NCBI GenBank assembly: GCA_041481485.1
Contig: JBGPBY010000002.1
Span: forward strand, 1-59,192
Reading direction: 5' to 3'
Source of the DNA: Terriglobia bacterium
GTDB taxonomy: Bacteria > Acidobacteriota > Terriglobia > 20CM-2-55-15
Length of the DNA stretch: 59,192 nucleotides
Positions 45,197-55,564 of this stretch are shown piece after piece. How positions within the stretch are numbered: the first letter of the stretch is position 1; each line of letters starts with the position of its first letter. The translations under genes were made by a program, and so were the position numbers. The notes below the pieces were generated by a model, which had not been told where the DNA came from, searched no databases, and saw only the letters and a list, made by a program, of their open reading frames with translations.

Positions 45197-46228
45197 TCAG
45201 GGAAGAGGCTTGCCCATGATTCCAAGCCGGACTCTGTAAAGAGAACCTGAATCGGCGACAAGGCTGGTCACCATGAGGTTTTCTTCGAAGTCGAACGCCA
45301 TTCCCACGAGACTCATTCCGGCCACCATGAGTTCGGGATTGCCGGCGCGAATCCGGAAAACGCCATGCCGGCCACGAAATGAACCGACTACATAAACGAT
45401 GCCATCAATATCGACGGCAAGCCCCTGCGGCCGGCCCAGACCGGTGAAGAATCTGGTCACTTCTCCATTCGGCGATATCCTGTAAATCGAATCGAAGCTG
45501 GATGTCGTGGGTCCCGTCACGTAGAGGTGATTGTCCATACCGAACGCGAGATGGTACGCCGCTATGCTGGGTTCGAGTGTCGCAAATACGAAAATTTCCC
45601 GCTTCGGGCTGATTTTAAAAATGCTGCCGCTGCGATCGCCGATGTAAAGATACCCATTTCGGTCGAAGGCGATGCCGGTGGCAATACCCATCCCTTCGGT
45701 AAACATCTGCATGTTGCCGGAGGGATCGATGGAGTACACGTTGCCGTCAAACCGGCTGGAAACGAACAAATCGCCCATCATGTTAAATGCCAGGCCCGTG
45801 GCATTCATGATGTCGGTAGCAAATGGAGTGACGGCGCCTTTGGGGGTAATTTTATAAACTGAAACCGGAGTCTTCTGGCCGCGCCGCCCGCTATAGGTTA
45901 CATAAACGTTACCTTCGGTATCGACGGCGGGGTTTGCGACGGGATACAAATTGCTCGCCAGCCGCTTTCCAATTTCGTAGCGGTATGGCTTGCTGGTGTC
46001 CCCGTTGGTGCTGACGCGCAAATCATCGGTCCCGACATCGGCGGAAACTTCCGGAACCCGGACCATGATCTTGCTGCTCGATGCGACAGTGACCTGTCCT
46101 CCGTAGGTTCCAAACCGCACATCGGGCTGCGAGGCGCCATAGACAGCTGGACAGCTGTATTCAATGACGACTTCGCCCCCGGGGAGGGCCGCCTGCGGTG
46201 TCACATTTCGAATAGTGATTTCACTCAC
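45197..46228 (-). CDS. IPT/TIG domain plus NHL/SMP-30-type beta-propeller repeat protein
   Basis: The N-terminal roughly 90 aa resemble IPT/TIG (ITIRNVTPQAALPGGEVVIEY). Repeated blades follow (GLAFNMMGDLFVS, GIAFDRNGYLYIGD, GLAVDIDGIVYVV). Confidence 0.65.
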   Translation of the reverse strand: MSEITIRNVTPQAALPGGEVVIEYSCPAVYGASQPDVRFGTYGGQVTVASSSKIMVRVPEVSADVGTDDLRVSTNGDTSKPYRYEIGKRLASNLYPVANPAVDTEGNVYVTYSGRRGQKTPVSVYKITPKGAVTPFATDIMNATGLAFNMMGDLFVSSRFDGNVYSIDPSGNMQMFTEGMGIATGIAFDRNGYLYIGDRSGSIFKISPKREIFVFATLEPSIAAYHLAFGMDNHLYVTGPTTSSFDSIYRISPNGEVTRFFTGLGRPQGLAVDIDGIVYVVGSFRGRHGVFRIRAGNPELMVAGMSLVGMAFDFEENLMVTSLVADSGSLYRVRLGIMGKPLP

Positions 46229-46231
46229 GGT

Positions 46232-46750
46232 TTAAGCGCCGAGTATTTTTCGTGCCAAAGTCAGTCCAACCAGGGCATAAAGCCCGGCGCCCACATCGTC
46301 GGCCATGACGCCCATGCCCCATTTCAACGATTCGAGGCGCCGCAATGGAAACGGTTTCACAATATCGAAAAGACGAAACAAAATAAATCCGAAGACAACG
46401 AGGTACGCCGGCAGAGGATACCGTCCGGCGGCAAGCCCGAACGTGATCATCTGACCGACAATCTCGTCCACCACAATACGCTGTGAGTCTTCGCCCCAGA
46501 AGCGTTCCACGCGATACGCCGACCACGTGCCAATTATGAGGAAAAAAATTATAGCATGCGGTAAGTATGTGCCAAGTCGCAGACTGTCCATCAAAAGATA
46601 GACCAGAACGCCCTCGGCCGAACCGGCCGTTCCCGGCGCTTTTGGCATGAATCCGGCCCCGGCCCCGGTGGCCAACACGATGGCAATTCGATCCTGAATT
46701 CCGGAGGGCTTAGTTTTCGGATGAACCTTCAATGTCGTCGGCCGGGACAT
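46232..46750 (-). CDS. pgpA: Phosphatidylglycerophosphatase A
   Basis: [16 protein letters not shown] and [12 protein letters not shown] are PgpA family motifs. The start overlaps the yacG 3' end by 41 nt, so it is uncertain. Confidence 0.75.
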   Translation of the reverse strand: MSRPTTLKVHPKTKPSGIQDRIAIVLATGAGAGFMPKAPGTAGSAEGVLVYLLMDSLRLGTYLPHAIIFFLIIGTWSAYRVERFWGEDSQRIVVDEIVGQMITFGLAAGRYPLPAYLVVFGFILFRLFDIVKPFPLRRLESLKWGMGVMADDVGAGLYALVGLTLARKILGA

Positions 46751-46907
46751 CAGAGGATTCGTCTTCGTCTTCGAATTCCCGTTGCGGTATTCGAAAAACC
46801 TCGCCGGCCCATTTTCCCAGATCGATGGTTTTGCAGCGTTCGCTGCAAAACGGGCGAAACGGGTTTCCGGTGAATTCCACCGTCTTGTTGCAGTTCGGAC
46901 ACCGCAT
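46710..46907 (-). CDS. yacG: DNA gyrase inhibitor YacG (zinc-finger protein)
   Basis: CPNCNK...[19 protein letters not shown] is the YacG zinc-ribbon signature; the tail is acidic. Confidence 0.8.
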   Translation of the reverse strand: MRCPNCNKTVEFTGNPFRPFCSERCKTIDLGKWAGEVFRIPQREFEDEDESSDVPADDIEGSSEN

Positions 46908-46910
46908 GGC

Positions 46911-48263
46911 TCAAACGATCCGTCCGATCATGTCATATTCCATACTGTCCGTAATTTCGACGGAATAGAATTCCCCGGATCTGGTTTCGACATCGTTGCT
47001 GTCGTTGATCAGAACGTGCCCGTCAATGTCCGGCGCCTGTCCCTCAGTCCGTCCCTGGAGAAGCAAGTCCGACTCTTCCGAAGAGCCTTCCAGCAGAACC
47101 TCGTATTTCCGGCCAATCATGCCGCGCAGCTTTCGCTTCGAAATTCCCAGCTGCTCTTTCATAATCTCGTTTCGCCGCCGATTCGCCGTTCGGCGTTGAA
47201 CTTTGCCATCAAGATCGAACGCTCCGGTTCCTTCCTCGTCGGAGTAGAGAAACACTCCGACGTTGTCGAATTCCACGTTTTTCATGAAGGTGAGAATTTC
47301 CCGGAAGTCGTCTTCAGTCTCGCCCGGAAATCCGACAATGAAGGATGTGCGAAGTCCGGCGCCCGGATTCAGCCTGCGGATTTTTTCGATCTGACGCTCA
47401 TAAGTCCCGCGATTTCCGCCGCGCAGCATGCGGTCCAGGACGGAACTGCTTGCGTGCTGATACGGAATGTCGAAGTATTTGCAGAGCTTCTCTTCTTCCG
47501 AAACCAGCCGAATCAGCGCGTCAGTGACCGTATGCGGATAACAGTAGAGAAATCGCACCCAGCGCAGCCCTTCGATCGCAGCAAGCTGACGCAGCAGTTC
47601 GGTGATTCCATCTTCCATGCCGAGATCCTTACCGTACGCCATGGTGTCCTGCGAGACCAGAACCAACTCCCGCACCCCCTGGCCGGCAAGCCGCCGCGAT
47701 TCGGCAACCAGATCCGTTACCCGGCGGCTTCGGAATTTTCCGCGAAATCCCGGAATCGCGCAAAACGAACAGACGTGGTCGCAGCCTTCGGAAATCTTCA
47801 AATATGCCATGTAGGACGGAGTGCTGAGTATCCGAGGGATAGTCGGAACTTCCCGGGACGTGTATAACGAATCGATGGAAATATCCGGAACCAATTCGGC
47901 ATCGCTGCGAACCGCTTCCAGAATCTTCCCAAGTTCGTCTGGTCCGAAAACGAAATCGATTTCCGGAATCTGTTTTTGAATGTCGTCCCGATACCGCTCC
48001 GCGAGACAGCCCGCAACCACCAACTTCCGGCAGTTGCCGGTTTTCTTGAGTTCGGCCATTTCCAGTATCGTATCGATCGATTCCTGTTTGGCGCTGTCGA
48101 TGAATCCGCAGGTATTTACCACCAACACGTCTGCCTCGTGCTTTGAATGAGTGATGGAGTATCCATGCTGGGTGAGGGTTCCGAGCATCACCTCGCTGTC
48201 CACGAGGTTTTTGGGGCATCCGAGACTGACAAATCCGACCCTGGTGAGTTTTTTCTCCGACAT
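46911..48263 (-). CDS. rimO: Ribosomal protein S12 methylthiotransferase RimO
   Basis: N-terminal VGFVSLGCPKNLVDSE, radical-SAM CDHVCSFCAIP (CxxxCxxC) and a C-terminal TRAM domain. Confidence 0.9.
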   Translation of the reverse strand: MSEKKLTRVGFVSLGCPKNLVDSEVMLGTLTQHGYSITHSKHEADVLVVNTCGFIDSAKQESIDTILEMAELKKTGNCRKLVVAGCLAERYRDDIQKQIPEIDFVFGPDELGKILEAVRSDAELVPDISIDSLYTSREVPTIPRILSTPSYMAYLKISEGCDHVCSFCAIPGFRGKFRSRRVTDLVAESRRLAGQGVRELVLVSQDTMAYGKDLGMEDGITELLRQLAAIEGLRWVRFLYCYPHTVTDALIRLVSEEEKLCKYFDIPYQHASSSVLDRMLRGGNRGTYERQIEKIRRLNPGAGLRTSFIVGFPGETEDDFREILTFMKNVEFDNVGVFLYSDEEGTGAFDLDGKVQRRTANRRRNEIMKEQLGISKRKLRGMIGRKYEVLLEGSSEESDLLLQGRTEGQAPDIDGHVLINDSNDVETRSGEFYSVEITDSMEYDMIGRIV

Positions 48264-48439
48264 CAGAGGGACTATTGTATCAGTTCGCGCAGAGATTGAA
48301 GGCGAGTTTGACCTCCCGTTGGGTGGGAAACTCTTTTATTCAGAGGTTCGGAAGCGCTTTGAACCACAACTCATTTTCATGTCCTGGTTTGGGATAGGGT
48401 GGATGCAACAGGAGCCGGGCGTGCCCGAGTTCCCAGAAA

Positions 48440-48877
48440 CTAAGCCACCGGCGGTAAAACCCCAAGTTGTTGATACAGTGTTAAGAAGTCGAAACTATTC
48501 CACGACTCCACGATCTGACCATCCCGCACGCGCGCCATCGCCACACCCGAAAAGTCAATACGCTTGCCTGTGGCTGGCCGGATAAAATCCTTTCCCGAGT
48601 GGACACCCGTAACTCGGCAATATGCTGCCGTCGTGTCGCCCTCGATGACGGTGCGTACGACCTCGATTTGTATTTCGGGAAACGCATCCCGGAACTGGTG
48701 GAAGAATAATTTGAACGCGGCGGGGCCGCGCAGAGGAGAGCCATCAGCGTTGGAAAGTCCATGCGCAACGCAATCAGCGCCGAAGAGCCGATCAATTGTC
48801 GTTTCTTTTCCTTGATTCCATACCTCATCAAACCAAGTGCGCACTACGGACTCTGGTGTATCCATAATCCCTGTCAC
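48440..48877 (-). CDS. Ester cyclase / SnoaL-like polyketide cyclase family protein
   Basis: VRTWFDEVWNQGKETTIDRLFGADCVAHG and the C-terminal DGQIVESWNSFDFLTLYQQLG are typical of predicted ester cyclases. Confidence 0.7.
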   Translation of the reverse strand: MTGIMDTPESVVRTWFDEVWNQGKETTIDRLFGADCVAHGLSNADGSPLRGPAAFKLFFHQFRDAFPEIQIEVVRTVIEGDTTAAYCRVTGVHSGKDFIRPATGKRIDFSGVAMARVRDGQIVESWNSFDFLTLYQQLGVLPPVA

Positions 48878-48914
48878 TCCTTCTTCTATTTTGCGTGCTG
48901 TCTCTTTTGCATGC

Positions 48915-48943
48915 TTGCCGCTTACTTAGCGACGTTGTAGTAT
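48915..48943 (+). promoter_or_regulatory. Candidate sigma70-type promoter for the TonB-dependent receptor
   Basis: TTGCCG (48915-48920), a 17-nt spacer, then TAGTAT (48938-48943), about 35 nt upstream of the ATG at 48979. Pattern match only. Confidence 0.25.
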
Positions 48944-48978
48944 GCCGAGCGCTTTAATTATTCACACTCGAGCAAAAG

Positions 48979-51900
48979 ATGACATTTAAGCAGTGGGCTC
49001 TCCTGGGAATGCTCTTAGTTGTGAGGGGTCTGAGTGCCCAATCGACCGGCACGATTGCCGGTGCAGTGAAAGATCCCTCTGGTGGCGTAGTTTCTTCCGT
49101 TCGGGTGTCCGTGCAGAGTGCAACAGGTTTGTCGCGCGAAGTTGAGACAGGGGAAAGCGGAGAGTTTGCGGTGCCCCTGCTGCCGCCGGGCGTATACACA
49201 GTCGCTGTCGAAAAGACCGGTTTTCGCCGCATCGTTCGGAACGACGTGACTCTTGATGTCAATCAGGCGGTTCGTCTGGATTTCGTTTTGATGTTGGGAG
49301 AGGTCGCACAAGTAGTACGCGTTGAAGAGCAGGCTCCGATAATCGAGTCGGACACTTCCACGCGAGGACAGATCCTCGATGGCACCAAGGTTCTTGAGCT
49401 TCCCCTGAACGCCCGCAACTTCTTAGCGTTTGCTCTGCTGGCGCCCGGCGTGCAGCCGCCTGCAGACGGTTCCTTCAACTCCAGCCAGGGACTTTCCGTT
49501 AGCGTGAACGGTGCCCGCGAAGAAGCCAATAACTTTCTACTCGATGGCGTCGACAACAACGACATGAGCACGAATCTCTACACTGTGCTGCCGTCGCTCG
49601 AAGCGATCAGAGAGTTCAAGGTGCAGGGAAGCACCTCCTCGGCGGAGTATGGCCGAAACGCCGGCGCGCAGGTGAATGTCATTTTGAAAGGCGGTTCAAA
49701 TGATTTTCACGGAAGCGTCTTTGAATTCCTGCGGAACCGTCACCTGGACGCCAGGAATTTCTTCGACAGGCCAGATTGCGCTCCGACTTCGCTCCCGGGC
49801 TCCTGTGGTGAGATTCCGCGGTTCGATCGTAATCAATTCGGAGGTACGTTTAGCGGCCCGCTGGTTCATGAGCGGACGTTTTTTTTCGGAGCATATGAAG
49901 GATTGCGCCTCGATCAAGCCATCACACGACGTTCGACCGTACCATCGCAGTCACAGCGCGCAGCGGCTATTGCTGCGGTCCCTGCTGGAGAACGCAACGC
50001 GGCGGGCGTCGCAATGCTGAACTTCATTCCCGTCGCTAATGTCGGCGGTAATCTGGCGACATCCAACACGCTGCTCGCGGCTCCAACGCTTAGTGACGGC
50101 ATCGACGAGGCTTCTATAAAGATCGATCATGCACTCGACCTCAAGAACTCCATTGGAGGCCACTATGCCTTCACCAGAGAGCACCGCTTTAATCCCTTTG
50201 ACCTGTTATTCCCTTTTACCAGTCTTCCCGGATTCGGAAGTCGGACCTCCAACCGAAGCCAGAGTGCGCGCCTGAGCTGGACTCACGTTTTTTCCTCCCG
50301 GCTTGTGAGTGATCTGCGCCTGGGTTTCAACCGTATGCACGGCGATATCCGAAATCAGAATTCTGGCAACAACATCAGCAGGCAACTCAACTTCCCCGAA
50401 AACTCTAACAGGATGATCGACCTTGGTTCTCCCAATATCACGCTTGCCGGGTTCGATCCGATCGGAGAACCGATTAACCTTCCACAAAAGCGAGTCGTCA
50501 ACACCTACCAATTCGCGGGAACGATCGCATGGAATCCTTCCTTTGCTGGCGGCCGTCATCAATTCAAATTCGGAACGGAGATCCGACCTTTGCAATGGAA
50601 TGTGTTTCTAGATCTGTACGCGCGAGGTCAGTGGGCATTCCTGGGAGGCGGAAGCGGAAACCCATTGATTGACCTCGTCCGCGGGCGGCCGGATTTTGCC
50701 GTTGCAGGACGGGGGGAAACGGATCTTGCACTGCGTACAAAGTCGTGGAGTTTCTATGTGCAGGACGACGTCCGCGTGAACGACTCGCTGACGTTGAATG
50801 TCGGCCTCCGCTACGAGTACAACAGTCCTCCAACAGATACGCGGCAACGATTGAGCACTCCGGATCTTTCATCCAACAGCCTGACGTGCTCTCCGGCACC
50901 GGCTTGTCAGTTTTTTCGTGAAGGCTCCAACGGCGTATCGCGCGGAATCTATGAAAAAGATCTGAACAATTTTGCACCCCGAATAGGTCTGGCATGGCGG
51001 CCCACTGCGAGCGATCGGTTGGTCGTGCGGTCGGCATATGGCGTCTTTTACGATGTCGGAGTACTGAACCGAAACCTCTTTCCGCGATTCAACCCCCCAT
51101 TTTTTCAAGTGGGAATCTTTCTAAATGACGGTACCCGCTCTATTCAAGACATTCTGCAACAAAGTAGCTCCTCGCCGTCACTGGCCTTTACGGTGGCACG
51201 CGACCATCGGGATGCCTATATGCAGGACTGGAACCTGGGCGTTCAATACGAATTGCGGCCCGGTTGGGTGCTGGACGTGGGCTACGTTGGATCGAAAGGC
51301 ACGCGCTTGCTTATCGAACGGGATTTAAACCAACCTCTACCCGGCCCCGGCCCTCGTCCCTATCCTGCATTTGCGTCGTTCCGGCATATCGAATCGAACG
51401 GTGCAAGTAGCTATAACTCGCTCCAGGCCCGAACGGAATGGCGTCTCAGGTCCGGCCTTGAGTTTCTTACCAGCTATACATGGTCGAAGTCGATTGATGA
51501 TGCTTCAGCACTGGTCGTGACTTTGTCTGAACCTGCCTTTCCGCAGGATTCTCACAACGTTCGGGCGAACCGTTCGTTGTCCACTTTCCATACAGCGCAT
51601 CGTTTGAGTCAGAACGCAATCTTTGATCTGCCGTTTGGCGAAGATGGGCGCTGGATGAAAAGTGCGACGGGTTGGAAGAAAGATCTACTGTCGGATTGGA
51701 AAGTCGGCGGAATTCTAACCGTGCAATCCGGCCGGCCCTTCACGATCAATCGCGCGATACCTCAGAGCGCCACAAGCGCAGATTTTGGTGTGTTTGATCG
51801 TCCGGATGCGATCGCCGACCCGTATGCAGCCGGACCGGTCCTTGCAAATCCGGATCCCGCATGCCATGCAACCGTATCAGCCGGAGGACGAGCCGCCGAC

Positions 51901-52224
51901 CGTGTGCACTCGCCTGCCGCCTGGTTTAATCCCTGCGCCTTTGCTGCTCCTTCAACCCCTCGATTCGGAACCGCCGGGCGCAATTCCATAATCGGGCCCG
52001 CATTCGGTAATTTCGACCTACTCATCTCTAAGAACATGTTTCTGGGGAAAAAACAGCGCCGCCTTGAATTGCGAGCGGAGTTCTTTAATCTGAGCAACCA
52101 CGCCAACTTCGATATCCCGGATCGGATCTTCGACTCCCCTACGTTCGGCGCAGTGTTGTCTTCGAATGCCTTCGGCAGTAAGCCGTCACGTCAAATTCAG
52201 CTGGGATTGAAATACATCTTCTGA
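48979..52224 (+). CDS. TonB-dependent receptor with an N-terminal CarboxypepD_reg domain
   Basis: Signal peptide, GTIAGAVKDPSGGVVSSVRVSV (CarboxypepD_reg), a plug region, a long beta-barrel, and the C-terminal RAEFFNLSNHANFD...RQIQLGLKYIF ending in Phe. Confidence 0.9.
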   Translation: MTFKQWALLGMLLVVRGLSAQSTGTIAGAVKDPSGGVVSSVRVSVQSATGLSREVETGESGEFAVPLLPPGVYTVAVEKTGFRRIVRNDVTLDVNQAVRLDFVLMLGEVAQVVRVEEQAPIIESDTSTRGQILDGTKVLELPLNARNFLAFALLAPGVQPPADGSFNSSQGLSVSVNGAREEANNFLLDGVDNNDMSTNLYTVLPSLEAIREFKVQGSTSSAEYGRNAGAQVNVILKGGSNDFHGSVFEFLRNRHLDARNFFDRPDCAPTSLPGSCGEIPRFDRNQFGGTFSGPLVHERTFFFGAYEGLRLDQAITRRSTVPSQSQRAAAIAAVPAGERNAAGVAMLNFIPVANVGGNLATSNTLLAAPTLSDGIDEASIKIDHALDLKNSIGGHYAFTREHRFNPFDLLFPFTSLPGFGSRTSNRSQSARLSWTHVFSSRLVSDLRLGFNRMHGDIRNQNSGNNISRQLNFPENSNRMIDLGSPNITLAGFDPIGEPINLPQKRVVNTYQFAGTIAWNPSFAGGRHQFKFGTEIRPLQWNVFLDLYARGQWAFLGGGSGNPLIDLVRGRPDFAVAGRGETDLALRTKSWSFYVQDDVRVNDSLTLNVGLRYEYNSPPTDTRQRLSTPDLSSNSLTCSPAPACQFFREGSNGVSRGIYEKDLNNFAPRIGLAWRPTASDRLVVRSAYGVFYDVGVLNRNLFPRFNPPFFQVGIFLNDGTRSIQDILQQSSSSPSLAFTVARDHRDAYMQDWNLGVQYELRPGWVLDVGYVGSKGTRLLIERDLNQPLPGPGPRPYPAFASFRHIESNGASSYNSLQARTEWRLRSGLEFLTSYTWSKSIDDASALVVTLSEPAFPQDSHNVRANRSLSTFHTAHRLSQNAIFDLPFGEDGRWMKSATGWKKDLLSDWKVGGILTVQSGRPFTINRAIPQSATSADFGVFDRPDAIADPYAAGPVLANPDPACHATVSAGGRAADRVHSPAAWFNPCAFAAPSTPRFGTAGRNSIIGPAFGNFDLLISKNMFLGKKQRRLELRAEFFNLSNHANFDIPDRIFDSPTFGAVLSSNAFGSKPSRQIQLGLKYIF

Positions 52225-52234
52225 TGAATGCGGC

Positions 52235-54313
52235 TTACCTCTTCAACTGCCGGATGGCGTCTTCGAGTGCACGAAAGTCCGCATTGGATGCAGGCTCCGG
52301 GCTGTAGCAGGTCCGTTCAAAGATTCCAAGCGCCTTCAGCGCGACCGAACGCCGGCCCGAGTCCGAAAGTCCCAGAGTCCATTCTCTCCACGTCTGAGAG
52401 GGCCGCTTCAACGGCTTACCGCGCTGGGCCAGCTTTGCGGTTCGATAGAACAAATACTCAATAACGTCCTTGCTGATCGGGCCCGTTCCGGTACGAACCT
52501 TCCAGACTTTCCATTGCGTTCGAATGGCCACTCGATTCAGAAAACCCGCACCGGCGAGTCCGAAAGAAATAAGAATGATCCACAACCGTTTATCGGTGAG
52601 GACGATTCGAATCGCATTGACCCAGAGTTCGACCGTCTCCCGGATACCGCTGGACAACCGATCCGATCCACTTCGAACGTCCGATTCCAGACTTTGAGCC
52701 TGATTTTGTGCATTGTGAAATAACCGCGACTGGCTGTTGTCGTCATAGACGAGGATGTACGAACTCCAAAACAGTTCGAGCGCATCCGCAAAGTGGGACA
52801 TCTGCGCTCCGAAACTTCCGTCGGCAGGCCGCATATCTGGAGGTGTCGCATCGAATTCCGTCCATCCGCGGTCCGGCAGATACACTTCAACCCAGCTGTG
52901 TGCGTCGGATTCCCGGACGATATAGTCCGCCCCGACTGGGTTGTATTCTCCCGTCAGAAAACCGTTGACCAGGCGCGTGGGGATTCCCACAGCACGAGCG
53001 AGTATTGCCATTGCCGAGGCGAAGTACTCACAGTGTCCGTTCTTCGCATCGAACAAAAACGTGTTCAGTGGCTGTGACCCTGGATTCCACGTCAGATTCA
53101 GCGTGTATTTGTAGTTCTTTCGAAGGAACGCTTCAATCAGTGACGCCTTTTCACCCGGAGTGCTGCCGCGGACGGTGATTGTCTTTGCGAGTTCAATCAC
53201 ACGGGGATCGATGTTTCGTGGCAGCTGGAGATATCGGTCTTCATTGGTGAGGCTTAATACGCCGGGTGTGGCGCGCGAACGGTCCCGGACCTCGGATAAC
53301 ACCTGATATTGAATGCGTCGCTGCTGCGGAAAGCGTGTAAAAACCGAATCGTCGTGATCGGCAAGCAGACCTTCCACTTTTGAGGAAACCGATCGAATCA
53401 TGTATGGACCAAACAACGTAGACGTGGCCATGGGTTCCAGGAGAATGTTATAGCGCACGGCATCGCCGGGGTTCCGCAGTACCCGGACTGGATAGAGTTC
53501 TCCCTCGACCGCCTGAATTTCATCGCGGATGGTGTCGGTTTTGTGCCACGTTCGCCCGTCGAAGTTATCGAGCGCAATGCCGCGCCATCGCAACCCATCC
53601 GCCGGCTTTCCGCTGACATGTTTTGCTCTCATCACGACTGCGTAACTTTGTTTGATTCTGCCGATTTCTCCCAGACGCACATTGTCATTGAAACCGGACT
53701 GCAGGACGGGTGGAACGGTAACGCGGTTGAAGTAGCCCGTTCCCACTCGCGGAAGTACAAAGAAAATCGCGGCACCGACGACAACGATTCCGATCGTCGA
53801 CCAGATGCTGACGCCTGTCAATGAAGCTGCAGCGATTTGCGTACGCTTGTTGCTTTTCTGCGAACGGACAATTTCGAAGCTCATCAGCGTGGATACGAGA
53901 GCCACAAGGAAGAGGAACAGCGTGATGAGAAATGAAATATCGATCGTCAGGGATGCTGCGGCAAGAATCATAAGGAACGCGAGCACGATCAGATAAAAGT
54001 AGTCCCGCTCGGATTTGGACTGGTGAAGCTTCGTGAGTGCCAGAAACAACACCATGTGAACGGTTGCCGGAACAAACGAATTTGAAATCACGAGCATGTC
54101 GACGACGAGAAAGACGATGTAAGAACACGACAAATACAGCGTCGCCGAAGCGCTGAGAAGCGGAGGCTGCCGGCGGAGCGTGCGGTACAGGCTCCACAAC
54201 AAGCCCACCGAAAACAGTGCAATCGATGGGGCGTCGAGCCGGCCCGTTACTGCAAGAGCAATAAATGCAGTCAGAACCAGGGAGTGAATTGAAACGTCAA
54301 AGTATCGTTTCAT
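52235..54313 (-). CDS. Transglutaminase-like membrane protein (DUF3488 / transglutaminase core / DUF4129 architecture, TgpA-like)
   Basis: N-terminal multi-TM region. Core motifs GHCEYFASAMAILARAVGIPTRLVNGF (Cys) and DAHSWVEVYL (His). Late TM helix. Confidence 0.85.
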   Translation of the reverse strand: MKRYFDVSIHSLVLTAFIALAVTGRLDAPSIALFSVGLLWSLYRTLRRQPPLLSASATLYLSCSYIVFLVVDMLVISNSFVPATVHMVLFLALTKLHQSKSERDYFYLIVLAFLMILAAASLTIDISFLITLFLFLVALVSTLMSFEIVRSQKSNKRTQIAAASLTGVSIWSTIGIVVVGAAIFFVLPRVGTGYFNRVTVPPVLQSGFNDNVRLGEIGRIKQSYAVVMRAKHVSGKPADGLRWRGIALDNFDGRTWHKTDTIRDEIQAVEGELYPVRVLRNPGDAVRYNILLEPMATSTLFGPYMIRSVSSKVEGLLADHDDSVFTRFPQQRRIQYQVLSEVRDRSRATPGVLSLTNEDRYLQLPRNIDPRVIELAKTITVRGSTPGEKASLIEAFLRKNYKYTLNLTWNPGSQPLNTFLFDAKNGHCEYFASAMAILARAVGIPTRLVNGFLTGEYNPVGADYIVRESDAHSWVEVYLPDRGWTEFDATPPDMRPADGSFGAQMSHFADALELFWSSYILVYDDNSQSRLFHNAQNQAQSLESDVRSGSDRLSSGIRETVELWVNAIRIVLTDKRLWIILISFGLAGAGFLNRVAIRTQWKVWKVRTGTGPISKDVIEYLFYRTAKLAQRGKPLKRPSQTWREWTLGLSDSGRRSVALKALGIFERTCYSPEPASNADFRALEDAIRQLKR

Positions 54314-54314
54314 T

Positions 54315-55529
54315 TCAACCGTGCCTCTGGCGGAGGGAAAGGAGCAGCGCTCCTTTGCCAGGTTCGAGTTCAGGCAAAGGCGCCGACGGAGATCGTTCTA
54401 CGGTGGCGAGGTACTCCATAATGCTGTCGAGCAACCCATAGGAGCTACCTGGGGAACGCCATTCATCGGTCACGAGACTGACGTCAGCCCCGTCTCGAAT
54501 CAGATAAAACGCCAGCGATGCGGCCTGCGAAACCAGGTTCTCGAATCGATCGGCATCGGCCTCCGTTCCAAAGCGGTCCAACTCCAAAACGACACAAAGA
54601 CTTTCGTCGGCCGCGTATTCCCGCGTCTTCAGGACAGCGGTTTTGGCCGACGCTTTCCAGTGCACATGCCGCGCGCCGTCGGAGTAAAGGTAATCACGAA
54701 TCCGGTACAATTCATTTCCTGATCCGCGGTTGAGACTCTGCAGATTTCCCTGAATATCGAGCGATGAGAAAATCAGCGACTCTCGCGCCAATATCTTCGG
54801 ATAGCAGATGATTTCCGCATCGACGAGATACGTGTGTTCCTTCGAAAGCAGTCCAAACGGAAAACGAGACAGACCCTGAACTTCCCGTACGGTATAACGT
54901 CCGCGGCGAGCCAGTGCGATTTCCGATGTATGGGATTCCGTGGATCGAGGTTCCACCGAATCGAAATAGAGCGACTCAAACTGCAGCGCATCTCCTGGCA
55001 GCGGTTGCATCCTAAGCGAAAACATTGGCAGGAGCCGCCGGTGATTCAACACCCGGAACGAGTATTCAAACAGTTCTTCCGCGTAACAGCGCTGCGGCAG
55101 GACCAGACGCACTTTCAAATTGCTGAAGTTGAGCGCGGATATCAGGCCCGAGAGCAATAATACGGCGAGCATTGCCGAGAGCACCATATACAGAAGATTG
55201 TTGCTCGTATTCAACGCGGCGAATATCACGATCAGAACCGTAACGAAGAAGATCCAACCGTCTTTCGTCACCTTGTAACTGGTGAGGAATGGCATCCAGT
55301 TCCAGTCGACGTTTCTCGCCAGCCGCGGGACATATCGGACTCCAACCCACAACGCCAGAATCAGAGAGAGAAAGGCCAGCACTCCTGCCAGACCACCGTG
55401 CCCGGACATCGATGCACTGGCCGAATACAGTGCGGCGATCAACGCAATTGTCAGCAGGCCGAGGGCGCAGAGGAAGCTCTTCCACATGGCCCTCGATCCG
55501 ATTCGTGCATTCAGGAAAGCAATTGCCAT
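54315..55529 (-). CDS. DUF58 domain-containing protein (with N-terminal TM helices)
   Basis: GNELYRIRDYLYSDGARHVHWKAS is the DUF58 signature. It sits between MoxR and the transglutaminase gene, and its stop lies 1 nt from the next start. Confidence 0.8.
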   Translation of the reverse strand: MAIAFLNARIGSRAMWKSFLCALGLLTIALIAALYSASASMSGHGGLAGVLAFLSLILALWVGVRYVPRLARNVDWNWMPFLTSYKVTKDGWIFFVTVLIVIFAALNTSNNLLYMVLSAMLAVLLLSGLISALNFSNLKVRLVLPQRCYAEELFEYSFRVLNHRRLLPMFSLRMQPLPGDALQFESLYFDSVEPRSTESHTSEIALARRGRYTVREVQGLSRFPFGLLSKEHTYLVDAEIICYPKILARESLIFSSLDIQGNLQSLNRGSGNELYRIRDYLYSDGARHVHWKASAKTAVLKTREYAADESLCVVLELDRFGTEADADRFENLVSQAASLAFYLIRDGADVSLVTDEWRSPGSSYGLLDSIMEYLATVERSPSAPLPELEPGKGALLLSLRQRHG

Positions 55530-55564
55530 ATGTCAGAAGCGGGTTCTTTGTCCGTAATTCCGAA

